Assembly: GCF_009646335.1 (NCBI RefSeq)
Contig: NZ_WJBU01000018.1
Span: 1 to 64,000 of the forward strand
Source: Caenimonas koreensis DSM 17982
GTDB taxonomy: Bacteria > Pseudomonadota > Gammaproteobacteria > Burkholderiales > Burkholderiaceae_C
Length of the DNA: 64,000 bases
Direction: 5' to 3'
Shown: positions 6,764 through 18,027 of the stretch, one piece after another
How the letters are laid out: each line of letters opens with the position of its first letter
How positions within the stretch are numbered: the first letter of the stretch is position 1
Made by a program: the position numbers and the translations under genes
Notes under the pieces: model-generated
What the model was told of the DNA's origin: nothing
The model's input: only the letters and a program-made list of their open reading frames with translations
Database searches by the model: none

Positions 6764-8326
6764 TCAAGCCGACTGCGCCGTGTACTTCTCCCGCAACTGC
6801 CGCTTGAGTACCTTGCCAATCTCACTGCGCGGCAACTCATCGAGATAGCGCACTGCGTTCAAACGCTGCGTCTTGCCGAGCTGCGAGTTCGCCCACGTGC
6901 GCAACGCCTCTTCAGCAATTCGCTCTTTCGACGGCACCACAAACGCGACAGGCGTCTCGCCCCACTCTAGCGACGGCACGCCCACTACAGCTGCATCAGC
7001 GACACCTGCGTGTTGTCGCAGGATCGCTTCGATATCGCTGGGGTAGATGTTGAAGCCGCCTGAAATCACCATGTCTTTGCGGCGGTCCATCAGCGTGACA
7101 AACCCGTCATCATCGAAGCGGCCTACGTCGCCGGTGCGAATGAATCGATTGCCCTCGGCGTCGTACCACTCGGCCTCGCGTGTCTTCTGCGGCTGATGGT
7201 GATAGGCCGTCATCATGGCGCGCGAGCGGCCCACGATTTCGCCGATCTCGCCGCGCGGCAACTCGCGCTCGTCTTCGTCGATCACCCGGATGTCATGGCC
7301 TTCTGAAGGCTTGCCTACCGTGTGCAGCTTGTCGGGGTGGTTGTGCGCATCGAGGATGCAGGTGCCGCCGCCTTCGGTCATGCCGTAGAACTCGACCAGG
7401 CCACCGGGCCAGCGCTTGAGGATGTCCGCCTTCAACTCGGCATGGAACGGCGCACTGGTGCAAAACTTCATCTGGAAGGCTCGCAAGTCGTACTTGCCGA
7501 AATCCGGCAGCGACATGATCCGCTGGTACTGCACCGGCACGAGCATGGTGTGCGTGGCTTTCTCCTGCTCGGCGATGGCGAGGTACTTCGCAGGGTCGAA
7601 CTTCGGCGGGCCGATCACGACGCAGCCGCCTTTGGCGATGGCGGGGAAGAAGCAGACGAGCGTGGTGTTCGAACAAAGCGATGTCGCAATCATCGCCGTG
7701 GCTTGCGGGCCGTAGCCATAGCCCTCGCCGCGCGCAACATGCATCCAGCGCATGGCATGCGACTGCACGATGCCCTTCGGTGTGCCAGTTGTGCCCGATG
7801 AATAGATGATGTTGAACGGCCACTCGGGCCTGGTCACGACGCGCCTGGGCTTCGCGCCTTCGGGCATCAACCACTGCTCGAATGAATCAGCGCCGGGGAC
7901 ATCCAGCCGAATGCGTTTTGCTTTCGTTCCGAATGCGGGAACGACAGCATCTACAAAGAAAAGTTTCGCGCCGCTGTCTTCCACCATCGTGCCAATCTGC
8001 GACGGCAGCGCGCCCGTCGGCAGCGGCGCCACGGCCACGCCCGCGCGCAACGCGCCGAGGAACACGGCCGCGTACTCGAGCGAGTTGTAGGCGCAGATCG
8101 CAATGCTGTCGGTCGGTTTGAAGCCGTCGCGCTGCAATGAGGCGGCCACGCGATCCATCATCGCGTCGAGCTGGCCCCACGTGACGCTGCGCCCTGCTTG
8201 CACGAGCGCACGTGCATGGGGGCGTGCAGCGGCGTGTTCGCGAGCGAGGTCAGCGATTGCGCGGAATGGCGGGACGTCGGCAGCGGCCGCCGTCGACGCG
8301 GTGGAAGTGGCTATCTTGCCCATCAT
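6764..8326 (-). CDS. AMP-dependent acyl-CoA synthetase/ligase (long-chain fatty-acid-CoA ligase-like)
   Basis: 520 aa with the AMP-binding motif [18 protein letters not shown] and the C-terminal [35 protein letters not shown]. Confidence 0.85.
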   Translation of the reverse strand: MMGKIATSTASTAAAADVPPFRAIADLAREHAAARPHARALVQAGRSVTWGQLDAMMDRVAASLQRDGFKPTDSIAICAYNSLEYAAVFLGALRAGVAVAPLPTGALPSQIGTMVEDSGAKLFFVDAVVPAFGTKAKRIRLDVPGADSFEQWLMPEGAKPRRVVTRPEWPFNIIYSSGTTGTPKGIVQSHAMRWMHVARGEGYGYGPQATAMIATSLCSNTTLVCFFPAIAKGGCVVIGPPKFDPAKYLAIAEQEKATHTMLVPVQYQRIMSLPDFGKYDLRAFQMKFCTSAPFHAELKADILKRWPGGLVEFYGMTEGGGTCILDAHNHPDKLHTVGKPSEGHDIRVIDEDERELPRGEIGEIVGRSRAMMTAYHHQPQKTREAEWYDAEGNRFIRTGDVGRFDDDGFVTLMDRRKDMVISGGFNIYPSDIEAILRQHAGVADAAVVGVPSLEWGETPVAFVVPSKERIAEEALRTWANSQLGKTQRLNAVRYLDELPRSEIGKVLKRQLREKYTAQSA

Positions 8327-10671
8327 TCCACCCGCTCGACAGACGTCGGCTTGAAGCCCAGGTCTGCCGCCCTGCCTTTGCGGCCGCGCCCGGCCTTCGC
8401 GTTGTTGAGCGAGCGGATCTCCAGCGTTTCGTCACGGTCCTTGCCGCCGCGCCCCACGCCCACGATTTTCACGCTGCGCGTGTAGGCCGCAGCGCCAGCG
8501 AGCGAATCGTTCTTGTCGAGGTCGATCAGCATCAGGCCGCGGCCACCGTTAGCCATCGGCTTCAACTCGCTGATCTCGAATGTGAGGATGCGCCCGCCCG
8601 TTGATGCGCACGCCACATGCGTGGCCGCTGGTTGCGGCGCCACGTTGGCAGGCGACGGCTTGCACAGCGTCTCGCCTTCGCCGCAGCTCACGAAGGCCTT
8701 GCCCGCTTTCAGGCGCGACATCATGTTCTCCACCGTCGCAAGGAAGCCGTAGCCGCCCGAGCCCGAGAGCAGCAGCCACGCCCCTGGGGCACCGGCGAAG
8801 TAGTGAACGAGCTGCGTGCCCGCTTCGAGTTCGATCATCGTCGTCACCGGCTGGCCGTCGCCGCGCGCGCCCGGCAAACTTGCGACCGGCACGGTGTACA
8901 CGCGCCCGTTGTTGCCGAAAGCGAGCAGCGTATCGACCGTGCGGCATTCAAACGTGCCGTACAAACCGTCGCCCGCCTTGAACACGTATTCCTGCGCGAT
9001 GGGTGCGCCGGTGGCCTTGTCGCGTGCCCAGCCTTTTTGTGCGCGCACCCAGCCCTTTTGCGAGACGATCACCGTGACTGGTTCGTCGATCAGCTTGATC
9101 TCGGCCACGGCCTTTTTCTCGGCCTGGATCAACGTGCGGCGTGCGTCGGCGAACTGTTTGGCGTCCTGCTCGATTTCCTTGATCATCAGCCTGCGAAGCG
9201 CTGCCGGGCTGCCCAGGATTTCATCGAGCTTCTTCTGCTCGTCACGCAGTTCCTTGAGCTCCTGCTCGATCTTGATGGCTTCCAGGCGCGCGAGCTGGCG
9301 CAGGCGGATTTCAAGAATGTCTTCGGCCTGCCTGTCGCTCAGCCTGAAGCGCTCGATCAGGGCCGGCTTCGGCTCTTCGGCGTTGCGGATGATGCGGATC
9401 ACCTCGTCGATATTCAGCAGCACCAGCTGCCGCCCTTCGAGGATGTGGATGCGGTCGAGCACCTTGCCCAGGCGGTGGCGCGAGCGCCGCTCTATGGTCT
9501 GGTGCCGGAATTCGATCCACTCCAGCAAGATCTGCCGCAGCGACTTCTGCACGGGCCTGCCGTCCATGCCGATCGAGGTCATGTTGATCGGCGACGAGCT
9601 TTCAAGGCTGGTGTGCGCAAGCAGTGTGGTGATCAGGTCTTGCTGCTCGATGCGGCTCGTCTTGGGCTCGAACACGAGGCGCACGGCGGCGTCTTTGCTC
9701 GACTCGTCGCGCACAGCGTCAAGCACCGACAGCACGGTCTGCTTGAGCTGCATCTGCTCCTGGCTCAACGCCTTCTTGCCCGCGCGCACTTTCGGGTTGG
9801 TGAGTTCCTCGATTTCTTCGAGCACCTTTTGCGAGCTCACGCCGGGCGGCAGTTCGGTCACGACCATCTGCCACTGGCCGCGCGCGAGCTCTTCGATCTT
9901 CCAGCGTGCCCGCACCTTCAATGAGCCGCGCCCCGTTCGATACGCCTCGGCGATGTCGGCGGCGGGGCTGATGATCTGGCCGCCACCGGGGTAGTCCGGG
10001 CCGGGTAACAGCTCGGCCAGTTCTTCGTCGGACAGCTTCGCGTTCTTGACGAGCGCCACGCACGCATCGGCAACTTCACGCAGGTTGTGCGAAGGAATTT
10101 CCGTGGCGAGACCCACCGCGATGCCGCTCGCGCCGTTGAGCAGCGTGAACGGCAGGCGTGCGGGCAACTGCCTGGGCTCTTGCGTGCTGCCGTCGTAGTT
10201 CGGGATGAACTCGACAGTGCCCTCGTCGATCTCGTCGAGCAGCAAGTTGGTGATCTTGGCCAGGCGCGCTTCGGTGTAGCGCATGGCTGCGGCGCCATCG
10301 CCATCGCGGCTGCCGAAGTTGCCGTGGCCGTCGATAAGCGGGTAGCGCTGTGAAAAATCCTGCGCCATGCGCACGAGCGCGTCGTAAGCGGCCTGGTCAC
10401 CGTGCGGATGGAAGCGGCCGAGCACGTCGCCCACGACGCGCGCGCTCTTGACGGGGCGCGCGCCGCCCGTGCCGGTAAAGCCCAGGCCCATGCGCTCCAT
10501 CGAATACAGGATGCGCCGCTGCACGGGCTTTTGGCCGTCGCACACATCTGGCAGGGCGCGGCCCTTGACGACGCTGAGCGCATATTCGAGGTAAGCGCGT
10601 TGTGCGTACGAAGCGAGGTCGAGCTCGTTGTCGTCACCGCCCGCGGCGAGGGAAATCAGGTCTTGCTCCAT
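8323..10671 (-). CDS. parC: DNA topoisomerase IV subunit A
   Basis: 782 aa; GyrA/ParC N-terminal domain with the active-site region [10 protein letters not shown]. The size and the nearby parE point to ParC rather than GyrA. Confidence 0.9.
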   Translation of the reverse strand: MEQDLISLAAGGDDNELDLASYAQRAYLEYALSVVKGRALPDVCDGQKPVQRRILYSMERMGLGFTGTGGARPVKSARVVGDVLGRFHPHGDQAAYDALVRMAQDFSQRYPLIDGHGNFGSRDGDGAAAMRYTEARLAKITNLLLDEIDEGTVEFIPNYDGSTQEPRQLPARLPFTLLNGASGIAVGLATEIPSHNLREVADACVALVKNAKLSDEELAELLPGPDYPGGGQIISPAADIAEAYRTGRGSLKVRARWKIEELARGQWQMVVTELPPGVSSQKVLEEIEELTNPKVRAGKKALSQEQMQLKQTVLSVLDAVRDESSKDAAVRLVFEPKTSRIEQQDLITTLLAHTSLESSSPINMTSIGMDGRPVQKSLRQILLEWIEFRHQTIERRSRHRLGKVLDRIHILEGRQLVLLNIDEVIRIIRNAEEPKPALIERFRLSDRQAEDILEIRLRQLARLEAIKIEQELKELRDEQKKLDEILGSPAALRRLMIKEIEQDAKQFADARRTLIQAEKKAVAEIKLIDEPVTVIVSQKGWVRAQKGWARDKATGAPIAQEYVFKAGDGLYGTFECRTVDTLLAFGNNGRVYTVPVASLPGARGDGQPVTTMIELEAGTQLVHYFAGAPGAWLLLSGSGGYGFLATVENMMSRLKAGKAFVSCGEGETLCKPSPANVAPQPAATHVACASTGGRILTFEISELKPMANGGRGLMLIDLDKNDSLAGAAAYTRSVKIVGVGRGGKDRDETLEIRSLNNAKAGRGRKGRAADLGFKPTSVERVE

Positions 10672-10715
10672 GGGGAAATCTGCCTACTGCGAAATACGAA
10701 GGTGGGTGATTGAAA

Positions 10716-11855
10716 TCAGGCGAGCAGCTCTTCGCCGGTGAGCGTGACGATGCGCCTTTCGCTCGGCGTGCGCACCTGCTCGTCGAGCTTGTCTGCCATG
10801 CGCTGCAAAAGCGCCTTGGGCGGCATGTCGTCCACCGGCACGGCTGCCAGGATGATGCGGAAATGCAGGAATTCAGTGGCGGCAAGCGGCAGCGGCTCTT
10901 TCATGCCGGCCACGAGTATGCGACTGGCCACGTTACCAGCCGCTTCGGCGGTCGCCATGCCTTCGGCCAGCACCGCTATGCGCGATTGCGACAGGCGCGC
11001 TGCGACATCGCCCTCGCGCAGGATGCCGCGAATGCGGTCCGCCGCCTCGGGCAAGACCGACTCGCCCACACCCGGGCCGAATTCAGCCGTCAGCCTGGCC
11101 ACGTTTTCAACATGGATCAAGAGCAGCACGCTCGGGTGCCCGTAGCGGATCATCAGGCTGCGCACGGCCTCTACACGGTCGTAGAAGATCAGCGGCATGA
11201 GCAGGCCCGTGACCGGATCGATCGTGTTGCGCGCATCGATTCGCACACGCGTCTCCGCCGAGATCCGGCTGCGCCACACGCTGGAGAGGTAGGTCGTGGT
11301 GGCCCAGACCGATAGCAACAAGGCGAGCGAAATCACGCCGTCCTGCGAGCCATCGAGCGAGTGCCATCCCTGCCAGATCGCGCCACAGGCGAGCGCCAGC
11401 TGGCCTGCGACAAGCCAGCTGGCCCAGGGCTGGCTCTGCGGCCACGCGCGCAGCATGATGACGGTCACGACAGTGGCCCACGCCACGGCCGCAGGCAGCA
11501 GCAGGGGCACGCTTGCCACGTGGCCCACCACAGCCAGTACGGGCAACATGGCCACGCAGGTGACGATCAACACACGGCGCAACGTACGCAGCGCGCCCGC
11601 GTGGCTCACGAGTTCGCGCAGGTGCATGCCGTCGACCGCCAGCAGCGCGAGCATCGCCGCCTGGGCGAGCAATGCCGACCCGCCGACGATCAGCTGCACG
11701 GTGAGAAGCGCGAGCGTGATCGACGCGCCGTGAACGAGCAGCGCTCGTTCACGATAGGCGTTGGCGATGATGACGCTGAAGCACAGCACCACGATTTGCG
11801 CGCCCGCAAAGGCGCCCAGCGCCACCAGCTCTTCGGGGTCTCCGGGCAGGATCAC
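10716..11855 (-). CDS. membrane protein with a degenerate GGDEF (diguanylate-cyclase-like) domain
   Basis: N-terminal multi-TM region, then TIDPVTGLLMPLIFYDR and LLLIHVENVARL resembling GGDEF. The signature GG(D/E)EF position reads SQSRIAVL, so it is likely catalytically inactive. Confidence 0.65.
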   Translation of the reverse strand: MILPGDPEELVALGAFAGAQIVVLCFSVIIANAYRERALLVHGASITLALLTVQLIVGGSALLAQAAMLALLAVDGMHLRELVSHAGALRTLRRVLIVTCVAMLPVLAVVGHVASVPLLLPAAVAWATVVTVIMLRAWPQSQPWASWLVAGQLALACGAIWQGWHSLDGSQDGVISLALLLSVWATTTYLSSVWRSRISAETRVRIDARNTIDPVTGLLMPLIFYDRVEAVRSLMIRYGHPSVLLLIHVENVARLTAEFGPGVGESVLPEAADRIRGILREGDVAARLSQSRIAVLAEGMATAEAAGNVASRILVAGMKEPLPLAATEFLHFRIILAAVPVDDMPPKALLQRMADKLDEQVRTPSERRIVTLTGEELLA

Positions 11856-11906
11856 GTGGAAACGCCTTTCGTCGGCGCGGGGGGTACTGCTTGCGGACGG
11901 CGCCCG

Positions 11907-12827
11907 TTATTCACGCGCGGTCTTGCCGTCGTCTTGCATGACAGCGGCGATAGGCGTCGACGTCAAAAGCGCGGCGGCCGCCGTGGTGCGCGGCCTTGCC
12001 GGTGAAGCCGGCACCGTGGGCGAGTTCGACGCTATGGGCCCATTCACCGCACTGGGCGAGGCAGGCGGCAAGTTGCCGCGGCCCGCAGCCCCACCCACCG
12101 GGATTTCCATGTGCACACGCCCCGGCACCCGGCCGCCGCCCATGATGGTCGCCGGCGGCTTGAGCATCGTGTAGAGCTGCATGACCGTCTTGACGTAGTT
12201 CTGCGTCTCCGGGTAGTTCGGGATGCGGTTGCCCGCACGCATCACGGCGCCCTCGCCTGCGTTGTACGCAGCGAGCGCCAGTTCAAGTTTGCCTGGGAAC
12301 AAGTCGAGCAGGTAGCGCAGGTACCGTGAGCCTGTCTTGATGTTCGTGCCCGGGTCAGCGAGCTTTCTGGCGACGGGCGCCTTGGCATCGCTCGAAACAC
12401 CATAGCGCTCGGCTGTGGCGGGCATGACTTGCATCAAGCCCACCGCACCCTTGGGTGACACGGCCGACGCATCAAAGCCCGACTCCGTCGCAATCAGCGC
12501 CTTGAGCAATTCATAGTCGATGTCGTTGGCCTTGGAGGCTTCACGCAGGTGATGCTTGACCTGCTTGTAGCTTGGCGAAATCTCGAAGAACGCAATGAGC
12601 TTGGGCGCTGCTGTGGGCACAGCCACGGCCCGGGCCGTGCTGCCAACGCCGCGTGACGTGTCGAAGCTTTCGCCGCCGCGGAAGAACAGTTCATAGCGCT
12701 CATCGACCTTGCCGGCAGCGAAGTGCGCGACGCCCTTGCTATCGACATAGCCCCACACTTCGGCGTGCGCCAAGGGCAGCGCGCCGAACAGCATGAGGCC
12801 AGCCAGCAAGGCGTTGCGAATGGTCAC
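11907..12827 (-). CDS. lytic transglycosylase (SLT domain), secreted
   Basis: Signal peptide; SLT motif LLKALIATESGFDASAVSPKGAVGLMQVMPATA and AYNAGEGAV. Confidence 0.8.
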   Translation of the reverse strand: MTIRNALLAGLMLFGALPLAHAEVWGYVDSKGVAHFAAGKVDERYELFFRGGESFDTSRGVGSTARAVAVPTAAPKLIAFFEISPSYKQVKHHLREASKANDIDYELLKALIATESGFDASAVSPKGAVGLMQVMPATAERYGVSSDAKAPVARKLADPGTNIKTGSRYLRYLLDLFPGKLELALAAYNAGEGAVMRAGNRIPNYPETQNYVKTVMQLYTMLKPPATIMGGGRVPGRVHMEIPVGGAAGRGNLPPASPSAVNGPIASNSPTVPASPARPRTTAAAALLTSTPIAAVMQDDGKTARE

Positions 12828-13315
12828 CCCCGCACCTCCAGCGCCAGGCTGCGGCGGCCCGTGAATTCAGTGCGAAGCATCGACATGACGATGAGCGACT
12901 CGAAGCCGTTCTCCAGCTTCACGGCTTCGCGCAGGCACCCCTCTTCAACGAAGCCTTCGCTGTCGTACAGCGCCTTGGCGCGCGAGTTGCGCGACTTCAC
13001 GTCGAGCCAGAAGCGGTGGGCATGCAGGTCGTCAAAAGCGATCTTCTTGGCGGCGCGCAACGCAGCACGGCCAAAACCGAACCCCTTGGCCTGGATCACC
13101 ATGCGCTTGAGCTCGAGCGACTGGTGCGGGCTGCGGCAGCCGATGAGGATCAGGAAGCCCGCCGCTGCCAAGTCTTCACCCGCCTCGATGATGAAGTGGC
13201 GGAAATCCGGGAAGCGGATCGCGGCCTCATGCTGGGTGCGGTCCCAGGGGGTGATGAACGGATTGTTTTCCGGGTCCTGCTCAAGCGAGACCACGTATTC
13301 AAGATCGCTGGACAT
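12824..13315 (-). CDS. GNAT family N-acetyltransferase
   Basis: Core IIEAGEDLAAAGFLILIG....RMVIQAKGFGFGRAALRAAKKIAF. Start taken at the internal ATG (MSSDLEYV, 163 aa); the track's longer form starts at 13420. Confidence 0.65.
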   Translation of the reverse strand: MSSDLEYVVSLEQDPENNPFITPWDRTQHEAAIRFPDFRHFIIEAGEDLAAAGFLILIGCRSPHQSLELKRMVIQAKGFGFGRAALRAAKKIAFDDLHAHRFWLDVKSRNSRAKALYDSEGFVEEGCLREAVKLENGFESLIVMSMLRTEFTGRRSLALEVRG

Positions 13316-13397
13316 CGTGGGCCGCAGCCTCACGCACGCCGCCGTGCGGGCAGGCGAAGTGGCGGAGAAGTTGGCTGCGGTCATGCGTTTCCAGAAG

Positions 13398-15377
13398 TCA
13401 AACGTCGATCTCGACGGCATCGCCGTGGAGTTCCATCAATTCACGGCGGGCGGCGGCTTCGCCCTTGCCCATCAGCTTGGTGATCAAACTTTCAGTATCA
13501 GCGAATCCACTGCGGCCGAGCTGCACGGGCAGCAGGCGGCGGGTGTCCGGATTGAGTGTCGTGTCCCACAACTGTTCCGCACTCATCTCGCCCAGGCCCT
13601 TGAAGCGGCTGATGTTCCAGGCGCCTTCCCGCACGCCTTCCTTGCGGAGCTTGTCGAGGATAGCCGTGAGCTCGCCTTCGTCAAGTGCATAGGTTTTGGA
13701 CGCCGGCTTCTTGCCACGCGCCGGCGCATCCACGCGAAAGAGCGGCGGCCGGGCAACATACACATGCCCCGCTTCAATGAGCTTGGGGAAGTGGCGAAAG
13801 AACAGTGTAAGCAACAGCACCTGGATGTGCGAGCCATCCACGTCGGCATCAGACAGGATGCAGATCTTGCCGTAACGCAAGCCAGAGAGATCGGGCGTGT
13901 CGTCCGGGCCATGCGGATCAACGCCGATCGCCACCGCGATGTCGTGGATTTCAGTGTTGGCGAACAGTCGGTCGCGCTCGACTTCCCAGGTGTTGAGCAC
14001 CTTGCCGCGGAGCGGCAGCACGGCCTGGCATTCCTTGTCGCGGCCCATCTTGGCGCTGCCACCGGCCGAGTCGCCTTCCACCAGGAAGACTTCGTTGTGG
14101 CTCGTGTCCTTGCTTTCGCAATCAGTGAGCTTGCCCGGCAGCACCGCAACGCCGGAGCCCTTGCGCTTCTCGACCTTCTGGCCGGCTTTTTGGCGCGACT
14201 GTGCCGCCTTGATCGCGAGCTCGGCAAGCTTGCGGCCGTATTCGACGTGCTCATTGAGCCACAGCTCCAGCGCTGGCCGCACGAAGCTGGAGACGAGCCG
14301 CACGGCGTCGCGTGAGTTCAGCCGTTCCTTGATCTGGCCCTGGAACTGAGGGTCGAGCACCTTGGCCGACAACACATAGGAAGCGCGCGCAAACACGTCT
14401 TCGGGCAACAGCTTCACGCCCTTGGGCAGCAGCGAGTGCAGGTCGACGAAGCTCTTCACGGCGGTGAACAGGCCGTCGCGCAGGCCGCTTTCGTGCGTGC
14501 CGCCCGCGCTGGTGGGAATCAGGTTGACGTAGCTCTCGCGCACGGGCTGGCCGTCTTCGGTGAAGGCAACACACCACTGCGCGCCCTCGCCTTCGGCGAA
14601 GTTGTCGTTGTCCTTCGCGAAGCCTTCGCCCTCGAAAAGCGGAATGACAGGCTCGCCATTGAGCGTCTGCATCAAGTAGTCGCGCAGGCCGCCCTTGTAT
14701 TGCCAGCTCTGAGAGTCTTTGGTCTTCTCGTTCACGAGCGAGACGGTCACGCCCGGCATCAGCACCGCCTTGCTGCGCAGCAGGTGCGCGAGCTCGGCCA
14801 TGGGCAGCTGCGCCGTCTCGAAATATTTCGCGTCGGGCCAGACCCGGATCGTCGTGCCCTGGCGCCTGTCGCCTTCGACCGCCTTGCGCACTTGCAAAGG
14901 CTCAATCACGTCGCCCGCCGCGAACACGATCTTGGCGACCTGGCCTTCGCGGTGCGTTGTCACTTCAAGTCGCTTGGCCAGGGCGTTGGTCACTGACACG
15001 CCAACGCCGTGCAGGCCGCCCGAGAAGCTGTAGGCGCCGCCCTTGCCCTTGTCGAACTTGCCGCCCGCGTGCAAGCGGGTGAACACGATTTCAACGACAG
15101 GCACTTTTTCTTCAGGATGCAGGCCAAAAGGGATGCCGCGGCCATCGTCTTCGATGGCGACCGAGCCATCGGCGTGCAATGTGGTCTTGATGCGCTTGCC
15201 GTAGCCTCCGAGCGCTTCGTCGGCAGCGTTGTCCAGCACTTCCTGGATGACGTGCAGCGGGTTGTCGGTGCGGGTGTACATGCCCGGGCGCTGCTTCACA
15301 GGCTCGAGGCCCTTGAGGACGCGGATCGAGCCTTCAGAGTACGCGGCGGAGTCGACTGCAGGAAGTTTGCTTGCCAT
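13398..15377 (-). CDS. parE: DNA topoisomerase IV subunit B
   Basis: GHKL ATPase N-terminus (LEPVKQRPGMYTRTDNPLHVIQEVLDNAADEA), TOPRIM EGDSAGGSAK, C-terminal PLRGKVLNTWE. Start chosen at MASKLPAV (659 aa). Confidence 0.9.
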   Translation of the reverse strand: MASKLPAVDSAAYSEGSIRVLKGLEPVKQRPGMYTRTDNPLHVIQEVLDNAADEALGGYGKRIKTTLHADGSVAIEDDGRGIPFGLHPEEKVPVVEIVFTRLHAGGKFDKGKGGAYSFSGGLHGVGVSVTNALAKRLEVTTHREGQVAKIVFAAGDVIEPLQVRKAVEGDRRQGTTIRVWPDAKYFETAQLPMAELAHLLRSKAVLMPGVTVSLVNEKTKDSQSWQYKGGLRDYLMQTLNGEPVIPLFEGEGFAKDNDNFAEGEGAQWCVAFTEDGQPVRESYVNLIPTSAGGTHESGLRDGLFTAVKSFVDLHSLLPKGVKLLPEDVFARASYVLSAKVLDPQFQGQIKERLNSRDAVRLVSSFVRPALELWLNEHVEYGRKLAELAIKAAQSRQKAGQKVEKRKGSGVAVLPGKLTDCESKDTSHNEVFLVEGDSAGGSAKMGRDKECQAVLPLRGKVLNTWEVERDRLFANTEIHDIAVAIGVDPHGPDDTPDLSGLRYGKICILSDADVDGSHIQVLLLTLFFRHFPKLIEAGHVYVARPPLFRVDAPARGKKPASKTYALDEGELTAILDKLRKEGVREGAWNISRFKGLGEMSAEQLWDTTLNPDTRRLLPVQLGRSGFADTESLITKLMGKGEAAARRELMELHGDAVEIDV

Positions 15378-15544
15378 GGGAGGGGGGATTGTAGTCGCGG
15401 TTTGACTTTTGCTGTATGAATGTACAGCTTTGCGCTTTTGCACCTGGATTGATGTTCACGGCACATCAATGAGCCGCAAAACTTTCAATGTGGCGAACAT
15501 GCCCGCTGCCAGCAACGCGCCGGGCCTTTGGCTACAGTCGAGCG

Positions 15545-16768
15545 ATGCAAGCAGTCACGCCACAAAAGCTCTCCATGACGCAGGTGCTCATCTGCGGCGC
15601 CATGGTCGTCACCCTCTCGATGGGCATTCGCCACGGCTTCGGCTTGTGGCTGCAGCCCATCACACAGGCCCAGGGCTGGACGCGCGAGACGTTCTCGTTT
15701 GCGCTGGCAATACAGAACCTCTCGTGGGGCATCTTCGGCATCTTCGCGGGCATGGTGGCCGACCGCTTCGGTGCCGCCCGTGTGCTGATCGGCGGAAGCA
15801 TCCTGTACGGCCTCGGGCTGGCGGGCATGGCGCTGTCGACAACACCCCTGATGTTCACCCTGACGACGGGCGTCGTCCTCGGTGCGGCGCAGGCTGGCAC
15901 GACGTACGCAGTGGTCTATGGCGTGATCGGCCGCCAGATCGACCCGGCCAAGCGCTCCTGGGCCATGGGTGTTGCGGCAGCCGCCGGATCGTTCGGCCAG
16001 TTCCTCATGGTGCCGGTTGAAGGCTTCCTCATTTCGGGGCTGGGCTGGCAGCAGGCCTTGATCACGCTCAGCCTCTTTGTGTTGCTGATTGCGCCCCTTT
16101 CATTCGGCTTGCGTGAACCGGGATTTGCCGGCGGCACGGCGCCCAAGCGCGACCAGTCGATCCTGCAGGCGCTGCGTGAAGCCTTCAAGTACCCGAGCTT
16201 CCAGCTGCTCATGGCGGGCTACTTCGTGTGCGGCTTCCAGGTTGTGTTCATCGGCGTACACATGCCGAGCTACCTGAAAGACAAGGGTTTGTCGCCGCAA
16301 GTCGCCAGTTACGCGCTCGCGCTGATTGGCCTGTTCAATGTCTTCGGCACGTACATCGCCGGCACCCTGGGCCAACGCCTGGCCAAGCGCAAGATTCTCG
16401 CGACGATCTACCTGGGCCGGGCAGCGGCCATCGCTGTCTTCCTGTGGGTGCCGATCTCGCCGATGTCGGTGTACATCTTTGCCAGCGTGATGGGCCTGCT
16501 GTGGCTGTCGACCGTTCCGCCGACGAATGCAACCGTGGCGCAGATCTTCGGCGTCGCGCATTTGTCGATGCTGGGCGGCTTTGTTTTCTTCAGCCACCAG
16601 ATCGGCTCGTTCATGGGCGTGTGGCTCGGCGGCTTGCTGTACGACCGCACAGGCAGCTACGACATCGTCTGGTACATCTCGATTGCGCTGGGCATCTTTG
16701 CCGCCATCGTCAACCTGCCCGTGCGTGAGGCGCCGATTGCCCGCACGCCGCAACCGCAAGGCGCCTGA
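15545..16768 (+). CDS. MFS transporter
   Basis: About 12 predicted TM helices with MFS-like loops (GMVADRFGAARVL). Start at the ATG MQAVTPQK. Confidence 0.8.
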   Translation: MQAVTPQKLSMTQVLICGAMVVTLSMGIRHGFGLWLQPITQAQGWTRETFSFALAIQNLSWGIFGIFAGMVADRFGAARVLIGGSILYGLGLAGMALSTTPLMFTLTTGVVLGAAQAGTTYAVVYGVIGRQIDPAKRSWAMGVAAAAGSFGQFLMVPVEGFLISGLGWQQALITLSLFVLLIAPLSFGLREPGFAGGTAPKRDQSILQALREAFKYPSFQLLMAGYFVCGFQVVFIGVHMPSYLKDKGLSPQVASYALALIGLFNVFGTYIAGTLGQRLAKRKILATIYLGRAAAIAVFLWVPISPMSVYIFASVMGLLWLSTVPPTNATVAQIFGVAHLSMLGGFVFFSHQIGSFMGVWLGGLLYDRTGSYDIVWYISIALGIFAAIVNLPVREAPIARTPQPQGA

Positions 16769-16916
16769 AATGACGCTGCGCAGCAAGAAACTGCTGGCTT
16801 ACGGCGCCGCCGTTGCACTGCTGCTGGCTGTCTTTGCGATGTACACCCGCCCGACGATTCTGGTGGCGCTCGCCGACCAGCTTTGGGCCTGCTTTAACTA
16901 GCAAGCCCAAGTGCCG

Positions 16917-17146
16917 CTAGCAGTTCTGGTATTTCCAGTTCCGCGACTTGCCCTTTTCCATCCACTCGATGGCCTGGGCCAGGCGCTTTTCGCGCCGTGC
17001 AGGAAGAACGGCATGCTCCACTTGATCGTCTCTTCAACATCAGGGCAGGCCGTATGGACCACGGCTCGAAGGTGATCGAGCACAGGGCGTGCGAATTCTG
17101 CGGACTTCGCGATGTAGGCGTCGATGCGTGGATCGGTTACAGGCAT
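16917..17146 (-). pseudogene. YdeI/DUF1801-family gene remnant (internal deletion plus frameshift)
   Basis: The N-terminal 47 aa (MPVTDPRIDAYIAKSAEFARPVLDHLRAVVHTACPDVEETIKWSMPFF) match the DUF1801 start. The characteristic C-terminus RREKRLAQAIEWMEKGKSRNWKYQNC is in a different frame and ends at the TAG at 16917. Only about 230 bp remain of a gene expected to be about 550 bp. Confidence 0.5.
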
Positions 17147-17214
17147 GGTCGGCGGATTGCATCATGTCCCGCAGGGGATGCGCAAGCCTCGCGACAGGGC
17201 GTACATTCGGCCGC

Positions 17215-18027
17215 ATGAAAGTCATCATCATCACCGGCGCGTCGGACGGCATCGGCGCAGAAGTTGCCCGCCAGCTTGCAGCTGCTCAGCGCAATTCATT
17301 GGCACTGGTGCTGGCTGCGCGCAATCGCGACAAGCTGGAGGCCGTCGCGCAGCAATGCAGTGCGTCCGGCACGAAGACGCTGGTCGTGCCGACGGACGTC
17401 GCCCAGGAATCCCAATGCCGCGCGATGGTGGGGCAAACGGTCTCGCAGTTCGGTCGCATCGACGCACTGATCAACAACGCAGGTGTCTCCGCGCAAGCGC
17501 TGTTCGGCGACGTGACGGCCGAGGACCTGCATTGGTACGAAGACCTGATGCGCATCAACCTCTGGGGCAGCGTGTGGTGCACCCATGCCGCCCTGCCCCA
17601 CCTCACGCAAAGCAAGGGCGCCATCGTCGCGGTCTCGTCGCTGGCGGGCTTGATTGGCGTGCCGGGCCGCACCGCCTACAGCGCCACGAAGTTCGCAATG
17701 ACCGGGTTCTTCGAAGCGCTTCGCGCTGAGCTCAAGCCTGCCGGTGTGAGCGTGACCACCGCCTTTCCCGGCGTGGTCGCAACTGAAATCCGCTACCGCG
17801 GCTACAACGCCCGGGGCGTGCCCGCGGGCTCGAGCGGCCTGAAAGAAGACGATGCCATGAGCGTGGAAGAATGCGCGCGCCTCATCATCGACGGGATGAA
17901 CGGCCGCGAGCGTGAAGTCGTGATGACGGCGCGCGGCAAGCTGGGGCGCTTCCTCAAGCTCATGGCGCCCGGCGTCGTGGAAAACATGGCGCTGGCCGCG
18001 CTGAAAGACGACGTACGGCCGCACTGA
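17215..18027 (+). CDS. SDR family NAD(P)-dependent oxidoreductase
   Basis: TGASDGIG cofactor motif, NNAG, catalytic YSATK. Start at the ATG MKVIIITGAS. Confidence 0.85.
   Translation: MKVIIITGASDGIGAEVARQLAAAQRNSLALVLAARNRDKLEAVAQQCSASGTKTLVVPTDVAQESQCRAMVGQTVSQFGRIDALINNAGVSAQALFGDVTAEDLHWYEDLMRINLWGSVWCTHAALPHLTQSKGAIVAVSSLAGLIGVPGRTAYSATKFAMTGFFEALRAELKPAGVSVTTAFPGVVATEIRYRGYNARGVPAGSSGLKEDDAMSVEECARLIIDGMNGREREVVMTARGKLGRFLKLMAPGVVENMALAALKDDVRPH

Noticed and set aside
8617-9994. 435-aa and 392-aa plus-strand ORFs inside parC
   Set aside because: Antisense to a highly conserved topoisomerase IV gene; Arg/Ala-rich junk translation.
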